From positions 42,779 through 106,778 of the forward strand of contig CAWIDH010000031.1 in the NCBI GenBank assembly GCA_963834855.1: 64,000 nt of DNA, given 5' to 3'. Positions within the stretch are counted from its first letter, which is position 1; each line of letters starts with the position of its first letter. Made by a program: the position numbers and the translations under genes. Of the stretch, positions 30,805 to 38,341 are shown in pieces. Source of the stretch: an uncultured Gammaproteobacteria bacterium. GTDB taxonomy: Bacteria; Pseudomonadota; Gammaproteobacteria; Steroidobacterales; Steroidobacteraceae. The notes under the pieces are model-generated. The model did no database searches. It was not told where the DNA came from and worked only from the letters and a program-made list of their open reading frames with translations.

Positions 30805-31661
30805 TCACCGGGTGCAGCAGCGGCATGGGCCACGCTGCGGCGCTCGCCTTCGCGCGGGCCGGAGATACGGTCATTGCATCGATGCGGGATACGGGCAAGG
30901 CGACGACGCTTCGCGCGGCCGCAGAGGACGCGGCGCTCGACGTCCGGATCGTGGCTCTCGACGTGACGCAGCCGGCGACGTTCGCCCGCACGATCGAGTC
31001 GATCGTTACCGACTGCGGACGACTCGACGTCCTGGTCAACAATGCGGGGGTACTCCGGGCCGGTGCGCTCGAGGACCTGGGTGAGCGCGGGCTGCGCGAG
31101 GTCATGGAGGTCAACTTCTTCGGTCCCCTGCTCCTGACCCGGGCCGCGCTTCCCCAGATGCGCCGGCAGCGCAGCGGCTGCATCATCATGATCAGCTCGT
31201 TGTCGGGTATCGCCGGGTTGCCGGGCGACGTGGCATACACGGCCAGCAAGTTCGCCGTCGAAGGCGCGACCGAGGCATTGCGGCACGAGGTCGATCGCTG
31301 GAACATCAGGTTGGCGCTGGTAGAGCCGGGGCTCTACGCCACGCGCATCTTCGATTCGAGTCTGCCCGGTGCCAACCCGCTGCCCGCGGCATATCCCGCC
31401 GACTCACCGTACCGGGTGCTGGTCGAGCACCGGCTGCGCGAGCTGCGCGCCCGGCTACCACAGGCATTCGACCCGCAGCAGGTTGGCGAGCTGCTCGTGA
31501 CCATTTCCCGCTCGGACGGCCGCCAGCTGCGCTGGCCCGCGGACGCAACTGCACGAAAAGTGCTCACCACGATGTTCGCTCAGGACGACGCGGCACGCGA
31601 CGCCTTCCTGCGCGGCGTGTCGGGAACGGACTGGTGGAGCGAAGGCGGAGCGCCGCCGTGA
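30789..31661 (+). CDS. short-chain dehydrogenase/reductase (arm A, SDR-1)
   Basis: VLITGCSSGMGHAAA, NNAG, and SSLSG...YTASKFAVEG (catalytic YxxxK). 290 aa. Confidence 0.9.
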   Translation: MSIVLITGCSSGMGHAAALAFARAGDTVIASMRDTGKATTLRAAAEDAALDVRIVALDVTQPATFARTIESIVTDCGRLDVLVNNAGVLRAGALEDLGERGLREVMEVNFFGPLLLTRAALPQMRRQRSGCIIMISSLSGIAGLPGDVAYTASKFAVEGATEALRHEVDRWNIRLALVEPGLYATRIFDSSLPGANPLPAAYPADSPYRVLVEHRLRELRARLPQAFDPQQVGELLVTISRSDGRQLRWPADATARKVLTTMFAQDDAARDAFLRGVSGTDWWSEGGAPP

Positions 31662-32650
31662 ACCGCCGAATCGTCTTTCCCGCCAGGGGCCAGGTACAGC
31701 TGGAGCCGTTCGAATCGCGCGCGCCCGGCGCGACCGAGATCCGGGTGCGCACGCTCTACAGCCTGATGAGTATCGGCACGGAAACGACGATCCTGCACGC
31801 GAAATACGACCCGGGAACGCACTTCGCGGCGCGATTCTCGTTCCCGCAGCTGAAAACCGGTGTGCAGGCGGTGGCGCTCGTCGAGGAGTCCGGCGCGGGC
31901 GTCACGGAGTTCGAAACCGGCGACCACATTTTCATGCGCATGGCGCACACCTCGCACTGGACGCTCGATGCCGCGCAATGCTCGCGCGTGCCGGACAGGA
32001 TCGATCTCAAGTCGGCCTGCTGGTGCGGCCTCGCCAAGACGGCGTTTCGCACGGCACATGCCTCGCCGTTCGCCCTGGGCGGCACGGTGTTGATCGTTGG
32101 AGCCGGCCCAGTCGGCCAGATGGCCGTGCGCTGGGCACGCTGCTCCGGGCTCGCGAGGATCGCGGTCGTCGACCTGTCCGAGCTTCGACTGCGGCTGGCA
32201 GAGCGCGGCGGCGCGACCGAATGTCATCGCGGCGGGCTCGGTGACCTTCAAGGTGTATTGCTGGATTCGAGCCAGGGGGAGGGCTTCGAGCTCGTCGTCG
32301 ACACGACCGGCAACCCCGCCGTGTTTGCCGCGGCCTTGAGCGTAGCCGCGCCCTTCGGCAAGGTCGTGCTGCTCGGCGACACCGGGTATCCGTCGCAGCA
32401 GCACTTGACCTCCGACCTGATGACCAAGGGACTGACCGTCGTCGCCACACACGACCACCATGATCGCGGGGGCTGGACGCAGCGGCGGATCGACGAGTTG
32501 TTCTTCAAGCTCGTACGCGACGGCGCATTCACGCTCGATGGCCTGATCACGCACGAGTTCGTGCCCGAGGATTGCTCGGCCGCGTATGAGCTCGTCTCGG
32601 ACCGCCGCGACGAGGCCGTCGGGGTGCTGTTCGACTGGACACGGGGTTGA
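31634..32650 (+). CDS. MDR-superfamily (zinc-type alcohol dehydrogenase-like) oxidoreductase (arm A)
   Basis: 338-aa ORF with Rossmann motif VLIVGAGPVGQMAV. A GTG at 31658 overlapping the SDR stop (GTGA) is an alternative start. Confidence 0.85.
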   Translation: MERRRSAAVNRRIVFPARGQVQLEPFESRAPGATEIRVRTLYSLMSIGTETTILHAKYDPGTHFAARFSFPQLKTGVQAVALVEESGAGVTEFETGDHIFMRMAHTSHWTLDAAQCSRVPDRIDLKSACWCGLAKTAFRTAHASPFALGGTVLIVGAGPVGQMAVRWARCSGLARIAVVDLSELRLRLAERGGATECHRGGLGDLQGVLLDSSQGEGFELVVDTTGNPAVFAAALSVAAPFGKVVLLGDTGYPSQQHLTSDLMTKGLTVVATHDHHDRGGWTQRRIDELFFKLVRDGAFTLDGLITHEFVPEDCSAAYELVSDRRDEAVGVLFDWTRG

Positions 32651-32660
32651 GGGAGGCGTC

Positions 32661-33086
32661 GTGATCAAGCTGGCACACGTCTGTATCGAATCGGCCGACC
32701 TCGATGCGACGGAGCGGTTCTACGCCTGCCTCGGACTGCGCCGCCAGTTCGAGTTCCGCAATCCCGCGGGGCTGCTGATCGGCTTCTACCTCCGGTTCGA
32801 CGACGAGACCTTTCTCGAGGTCATCCGCGTCGAACGCGTGCGCGGTGAGGGCGCCGTCCGCCACTTCGCGATCGAAAGCGACGACGTCGGCGTCCTGCGC
32901 GCCCGGCTGCTCGGCGCCGGATTCGAGGCTTCGGAGAAACAGCTCGGCGGCGACCAGACGTGGATGGTGACCTGCCGCGACCCGAACGGCGTGTTCATCG
33001 AGTTGCACGAGTACGGCACGATGAGCATGCAACGGCACGGTGGCACCTGCGTGATCGATTACGTGCCGAGGCCGGCGCAGGCATGA
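32661..33086 (+). CDS. VOC/glyoxalase-family protein (arm A)
   Basis: GTG at 32661 preceded by gagggagg. 141 aa (IKLAHVCIESADLDATERFY ... HFAIESDD ... DPNGVFIELHE). The stop overlaps the next start as ATGA. Confidence 0.8.
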   Translation: MIKLAHVCIESADLDATERFYACLGLRRQFEFRNPAGLLIGFYLRFDDETFLEVIRVERVRGEGAVRHFAIESDDVGVLRARLLGAGFEASEKQLGGDQTWMVTCRDPNGVFIELHEYGTMSMQRHGGTCVIDYVPRPAQA

Positions 33087-33854
33087 ATGCCGACGCTCCG
33101 GTGTGCATCGTGACCGGCGGCGGCGCAGGCATCGGGCGAGCCTGCGTCGAGCTGTTCGCGCAACGGGGCTATCGGGTGGTCGCAGCCGACGTGGATGCCG
33201 CGGCGGCGCAGGCTTCGGCGGAAAGCGCACGGGACAAGCATGGTGTCGATGCGATCGGTGTCGGCTGCGACGTCGCCAATGCGCGCGCGTGCGAATCGAT
33301 GGTGGGAGAGGCGATCGGCCGCTGGAGCCGCGTCGACGTGCTGGTCGGCAATGCCGGAATCCAGACCCCGGGGCGGCTGCTCGATGCGACCGAGTCCGAC
33401 TGGGAACGGCTGGTCGCAGTCAACCTCAAGGGCATCGTGAATTCGTGCCGCGCAGTGCTGCCGGCGATGATCGAGCGCCGCGACGGGCGCATCGTGCTCG
33501 TGTCGTCGATCAATGCCCTGCTCTCGCCTGCCCGGGATGACACTGTACGACATGACCAAGACCGGCGTGCTCGGCATCATGCGCAGTCTCGCCGTCGACC
33601 ACGGGCGCGACGGGATACGTGTCAATGCGGTCTGCCCTGGGGCGACCATGACCGATCATCACATCCGCGCCGCGGCGGCGCGTGGCTTGACCGAAGACGA
33701 GCTGCGTCGCCGCACCGCCGGTTACGCGTTGCTCGGGCGCGTCGCCGAGCCCTCCGAGATCGCCTCCGCCATTCAGTTCCTCGCGAGCGACGCGGCATCC
33801 TTCGTCACCGGCGCGACGCTGGTGGTCGACGGCGGATTCACGGTCCGCGGCTAG
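33083..33854 (+). pseudogene. short-chain dehydrogenase/reductase (arm A, SDR-2), one frame break near 33525
   Basis: The N-terminal part is in the ORF 32960..33928 frame from ATG 33083 (CIVTGGGAGIGRA ... GNAG). The C-terminal part is ORF 33513..33854 (YDMTKTGVLG ... VNAVCPG). It is collinear with the intact paralog at 58830..59597. Confidence 0.85.
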
Positions 33855-35148
33855 AGAGGTCGTCGTCCTTCGTCTCGCGCGCCGCTGCCAGGCCGGCCAG
33901 CGTCAGGAGCGCCGCGCCCGCGAGGTAGTAGCCGACGAACTGCAGTCCGTAGTTCGTCGCGAGCCAGGTAGCAATGTACGGCGCGAGCGACGCGCCGAAG
34001 ATGCCGGCAAGGTTGAACGTGAGCGAGCTGCCCGTATAGCGGACAGAGGTTGGAAACAGCTCCGACAGCACGGTGCCGAGCGGGCCGTATGTCAGTCCTA
34101 TGAGTGACATCCCCAGGATCATCGCGACCACCGTACCGACGAAGCCCGATTCGAAGAGCGGCGCCATCACCAGCCCGAAGGCGCCGATGAGGACCGCGAC
34201 CCAGATGAGCATGCGGCGGCGTCCGCGCTCCGCGAGCCTGGCCGCGATCGGGATGGTGACGCCGAAGGCGATGACGCCGAGCTGCTGTATCAGCAGGAAC
34301 TGCTCGCGCGGGTAGCCCAGCCTGCTGGTGCCCCAGGAGAGCGCGAACACGGTCATGAGGTAGAAGAGCACGAAGGCGACCAGCGAGATGAGCGTGCCTA
34401 CGACGAACGTCCGCGGATGGTCGCGCAGGACGGTGAGCATCGGCACCGGGACGCGCTCGTGCCGGCTGACCGCTTCACGGAACACGGGCGTCTCGTCGAT
34501 CGAGAGCCGCACGTAGAGGCCCACGAGCACGAGCACCGCGCTCGCGAGGAACGGGATGCGCCACCCGAACGAGAAGAACTGCTCGTCGGTGAGCGATCGG
34601 GAGAGCACTATGAAGACGCCGGCCGACAGGAAAAATCCGATAGGGGCGCCGAGCTGCGGGAACATGCCGTACCAGGCGCGCTTTTCCGGCGGCGCATTCT
34701 CGATCGCCAGGATGACGGCGCCTCCCCACTCGCCGCCGAGGCCGATGCCCTGGCCGAACCGGCAGAGCGCGAGCAGGAGCGGCGCCGCAAAGCCGATCGT
34801 CGCATATGTCGGCAGCGCGCCGATCGCCACCGTCGATATGCCCATCGTGAGGAGCGCCGCCACGAGCGTGGTCTTGCGGCCGACGCGGTCGCCGAAGTGG
34901 CCGAAGAGCGCCGACCCGACCGGCCGCGCCAGGAATGCGATCCCGAAGGTGGCGAGCGACGCGAGGGTGGCCGCCGCCGGGTCCGACGCCGGAAAGAACA
35001 GGCGGGGAAAGACGAGGACCGCGGCGGTCGCGTAGATGTAGAAGTCGAAGAACTCGATGGTCGTGCCGACGAGGCTGGCAAACAGCACCTGTCCCGGCCG
35101 GTTTGCCGGCCGGACGACTCCGCTCGTCGAAGACGGGGACGACACCAT
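33838..35148 (-). CDS. MFS transporter, metabolite:H+ symporter (MHS) type
   Basis: 436 aa. VGTTIEFFDFYIYATAA, GHFGDRVGRKTTL, and 12 predicted hydrophobic spans. Present only in arm A. Confidence 0.88.
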   Translation of the reverse strand: MVSSPSSTSGVVRPANRPGQVLFASLVGTTIEFFDFYIYATAAVLVFPRLFFPASDPAAATLASLATFGIAFLARPVGSALFGHFGDRVGRKTTLVAALLTMGISTVAIGALPTYATIGFAAPLLLALCRFGQGIGLGGEWGGAVILAIENAPPEKRAWYGMFPQLGAPIGFFLSAGVFIVLSRSLTDEQFFSFGWRIPFLASAVLVLVGLYVRLSIDETPVFREAVSRHERVPVPMLTVLRDHPRTFVVGTLISLVAFVLFYLMTVFALSWGTSRLGYPREQFLLIQQLGVIAFGVTIPIAARLAERGRRRMLIWVAVLIGAFGLVMAPLFESGFVGTVVAMILGMSLIGLTYGPLGTVLSELFPTSVRYTGSSLTFNLAGIFGASLAPYIATWLATNYGLQFVGYYLAGAALLTLAGLAAARETKDDDLSSRGP

Positions 35149-35235
35149 GCAGCGTTCGGACTCTCGGGCGTCCCCGGACCAGTCTCGGATTACAGCATAC
35201 GTCTTGAACGGCGGTCTGCATGCCGAGCCCTGCCC

Positions 35236-35272
35236 AAAGAAAAACCCCCGCCGGATCGCTCCAACGGGGGTT
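35236..35272 (-). terminator. rho-independent terminator downstream of the RRM-protein gene
   Basis: On the minus strand: AACCCCCG-(14 nt)-CGGGGGTT followed by TTTTCTTTGGG. Confidence 0.7.
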
Positions 35273-35289
35273 CTGCAGGCCCGAGCCCT

Positions 35290-35325
35290 GGGTACGCGGG
35301 TGGCGCTCGCGCCGCCCGCGTACCC
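35290..35325 (-). terminator. strong GC stem-loop immediately 3' of the RRM-protein gene
   Basis: GGGTACGCGGG-(14 nt)-CCCGCGTACCC, a perfect 11-bp stem 20 nt after the stop at 35345. No U-tract. Confidence 0.45.
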
Positions 35326-35344
35326 GGAGCGATAACCGGGACGA

Positions 35345-35608
35345 CTAGAAGCGTCGCGGCCGATCGGATTTCGCCTGTGCCTCGTTCACCTTGAGTGCAC
35401 GACCGTCCATCTGGTAGCCGTTCAGGCTCTGGATGCTGCGGGCGGCATCCGACGGTGACATTTCGACGAAGCCGAAGCCGCGCGGCTGTCCGGTATCGCG
35501 GTCGGTGATCAGGGCGACCGATTCGACGGTCCCGTGCTGCGAAAACAGCGCGCGGACGGCCGCTTCGTCGGCGGAGAAAGGCAGGTTGCCTACGTAGATC
35601 TTTGCCAT
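35345..35608 (-). CDS. RRM-type RNA-binding protein
   Basis: 87 aa. RNP2 is KIYVGNL and RNP1 is RGFGFVEM. Confidence 0.9.
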   Translation of the reverse strand: MAKIYVGNLPFSADEAAVRALFSQHGTVESVALITDRDTGQPRGFGFVEMSPSDAARSIQSLNGYQMDGRALKVNEAQAKSDRPRRF

Positions 35609-35953
35609 TGCAAGTTACTCACTGACTGAAGGCCTGGCGACCGATCCGGGTTGGATGAAGGGCGCAGCATGGCCAGGAAACGAAAAAGCGGGAGCCACCG
35701 CATCCGCCCGTCGATTCGCCAGAAAGCGGGAAAGGCGTATGCAACGCGGCCCCTGCCGCGTGGATCAGAAACTCTTCGACTCGGAGGGGACCTGAGGCGG
35801 GTGTTCGCGCCGGTGCGGCGCTGGCCGTCAGGGACAGACAAGGAGAAGGGTCGCTACCCGCGGGCAGTATACACGCTGACGGTCGGCCGCGCTTGGGGGT
35901 GGACAAGCTAGACTGTGCTTGCGATCGATGCGCTACCGACGTTCGTCCGAAAT

Positions 35954-36943
35954 TTGAACGTTCTCTTACTGAACGAGCACGAGATCCGCCGGTGCGTCTC
36001 GATGACGCCCCAGGCAGCGGACGCCGTGGCGAAAGGCTTTGCGCGCTTGTCGGAAGGCCGTGTCAGCATGCCGCCGGTCGTGCGCGTGGACATCCCGAGC
36101 CATCGAGGCGAGGTCGACATCAAGACCGCCTACATCGAGGGGCTCGACCAGTTTGCGATCAAGGTTGCCTCGGGCTTCTTCGACAATGTGTCGCTGGGAT
36201 TGCCGTACGGCAGCGGGCTGATGCTGCTCATGAGCGCCCGCACGGGTTTGCTCGAGGCCGTCCTGCTCGACAACGGTTATCTCACCGACCTGCGTACGGG
36301 CATTGCCGGGGCGATCGCCGCGCGGTATCTCGCGCCGCAACGCATCGATACGGCGGGCGTCATCGGATCGGGTATGCAGGCCCGCTATCAGCTGCGCGGA
36401 CTCAGGCTGGTGCGGGAGTTCCGGCGCATACTCGTGCATGCACGCAATCCGGCGGCCGCCTCACGCTACGCCGACGAGATGCGCCGCGAGCTGGACGTGG
36501 AGGTGGCGGTGGCCGCGAGCATGGAGGACGTCGTGCGGCAGAGCCAGTTGGTCGTCACGACGACACCGACGCGCGACCCCTACCTTCGCGCCGAGTGGCT
36601 GCACCCAGGCCTGCACGTGACCGCGGTCGGCGCGGACGGTGAGCACAAGCAGGAGCTCCACGCCGACGTGTTCGCGCGTGCCGATCGTATCGCCTGCGAC
36701 AGTCGCAAGCAGTGCTTCAAGCTCGGCGAGCTCCACCACGCGGTCGATGCCGGAATCGTCCGCGCCGAGGGCGAGGTCGTCGAGCTCGGCGAGCTCATCG
36801 GCGGCTCGCAGCGCGGCCGCGCCAGCGACGACGAGATCACCATCTGCGACCTGACCGGCGTCGGGGTGCAGGACACGACGATCGCCGTTCAGACATTTCA
36901 GACGGCCCAGGAGCTGAAGCTGGGCACGTCGTTCGAGACTTGA
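35954..36943 (+). CDS. ornithine cyclodeaminase / mu-crystallin family protein (arm A)
   Basis: ORF 35915..36943. The TTG at 35954 gives MNVLLLNEHEIRR, which matches the arm-B start MSVLILDEQEIRR. Rossmann motif GVIGSGMQAR. Confidence 0.85.
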   Translation: MNVLLLNEHEIRRCVSMTPQAADAVAKGFARLSEGRVSMPPVVRVDIPSHRGEVDIKTAYIEGLDQFAIKVASGFFDNVSLGLPYGSGLMLLMSARTGLLEAVLLDNGYLTDLRTGIAGAIAARYLAPQRIDTAGVIGSGMQARYQLRGLRLVREFRRILVHARNPAAASRYADEMRRELDVEVAVAASMEDVVRQSQLVVTTTPTRDPYLRAEWLHPGLHVTAVGADGEHKQELHADVFARADRIACDSRKQCFKLGELHHAVDAGIVRAEGEVVELGELIGGSQRGRASDDEITICDLTGVGVQDTTIAVQTFQTAQELKLGTSFET

Positions 36944-36992
36944 GGGCTGTCGAGGACCGGCCCGTGGCCGGGATCCCCGTTCTGGAGGCTGC

Positions 36993-38153
36993 ATGCAGAT
37001 CGAAAGGTTTGAAATGGAGCGCACCCAGTGCCTCTATGAAAACGTGGTCGAGCTCAATCTCTCGGAGAGCGGCGTGCTGCCGCTGCGAGCCGACGAGCTG
37101 GTCGAAACGGCGGACGACCGAGAACGGTTTCTAGCCAACTCGCTGTGGTACTGCGAATCGGACGGCTCCCACGTTCTTCGCGAGCGCATCGCCCGGTTCT
37201 ACCCGGACTGCGAGGCCGAGAACGTCACGATCACCAACGGGGGCGCCGAGGCGAACTATGTGACTCTCTGGGCGCTCCTCGGCCGTGAGAATCGGCTCGC
37301 CTGCATGCTGCCGAACTACCTGCAGGGGTGGGGCCTGGGCCGGGCCTACGCGAGTGCAGCCGACGCGTTTCACCTGACGGTGCGTGAGGAGCGCGGCATC
37401 CGCCGGTGGGCGCTCGACCTCGATGCGCTCGATCGCGCAGTGACGCCGCAGACGAAAGTCGTGCTCGTCACGAACCCGAACAACCCGACGGGCGCCGTCC
37501 TGAACGAAGCGGAGATGGACGCGGTCGTCGCCGCCGCACGGCGGGTCGGCGCCTGGCTCGTGGCGGATGAGATCTACCGGGGCGCGGAGGTCGACACCGA
37601 TACGACGACGCCGACGTTCTGGGGCCGCTACGAGCGCGTCATCATCACATCGGGCCTGTCGAAGGCTTTCGGACTGCCGGGCCTGCGGATCGGCTGGATC
37701 GTCGCTCCGCCGGAGTTCATCGAGCAGGCATGGATCCGGCACGATTACCTGACGCTGACGCCGGGTCTGCTCAACGACCGGCTCGCCGCGATCGCGATGG
37801 AGCCGGCGCGCCGGGAGACGATCCTGGCGCGGACGCGAGGCCTCATCCGGAAAAACCTGCCGGCGGTCGAGGACTGGATAGGCGCGCGCCGCGATCTGTT
37901 CGACTACGTGCGGCCGGTCGCCGGCGCCATCGCTTATCTCCAGTACTCGTTCGAGATGGATTCCGTTGCGCTCTTCGACGAGCTGCGCCGCGAGCATTCG
38001 GTGCTGGTGACGCCGGCCGGGCACTTCGGCGCTGCGAACGGCCTGCGCTTCGGTTTTGGCTACGACGTGCAGAAAACGATGGCCGGGCTGGCCAGGCTGG
38101 ATGAGCTGATTGCGAAGCGAGGGCTGCGCGACCGTCGCCGGCGCGAGGCCTGA
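36993..38153 (+). CDS. class I/II PLP aminotransferase (arm A)
   Basis: 386 aa. NPNNPTGAV and the PLP-Lys context SGLSKAFGLPGLRIGW. Confidence 0.88.
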   Translation: MQIERFEMERTQCLYENVVELNLSESGVLPLRADELVETADDRERFLANSLWYCESDGSHVLRERIARFYPDCEAENVTITNGGAEANYVTLWALLGRENRLACMLPNYLQGWGLGRAYASAADAFHLTVREERGIRRWALDLDALDRAVTPQTKVVLVTNPNNPTGAVLNEAEMDAVVAAARRVGAWLVADEIYRGAEVDTDTTTPTFWGRYERVIITSGLSKAFGLPGLRIGWIVAPPEFIEQAWIRHDYLTLTPGLLNDRLAAIAMEPARRETILARTRGLIRKNLPAVEDWIGARRDLFDYVRPVAGAIAYLQYSFEMDSVALFDELRREHSVLVTPAGHFGAANGLRFGFGYDVQKTMAGLARLDELIAKRGLRDRRRREA

Positions 38154-38341
38154 TGGTTGCGTACGGGCAGCAGGCAACACCGCGTCCCCTGGGGACTCTG
38201 CTACGCAAATGGTCGACATATTCGACATATTCATCAGCTACGCCAGGGGCGAGCTACCGCCCGAGAATGTGCCACAGATCCCGACAACTGGAACCGACTT
38301 GCAGCAATCTCAGCAATTACAGATCTAGACCAGGTGGTCAT

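Larger units (their letters stand above)
29614..38153 (+). repeat. arm A of a diverged inverted segmental duplication
   Basis: Gene order is boxes, Gfo, SDR1, MDR, VOC, SDR2, [MFS, RRM on the opposite strand], OCD, aminotransferase. It is collinear with arm B. Confidence 0.85.

Noticed and set aside
38153-38341. The first 63 codons of the 849-aa ORF (MVAYGQQATPRPLG...) as the true N-terminus of the lipoprotein.
   Set aside because: This part precedes the signal peptide, overlaps the aminotransferase stop, is compositionally transitional and has no protein-like features. A TTG at 38342 places the start directly before the Arg-rich n-region and lipobox. The exact start remains uncertain.
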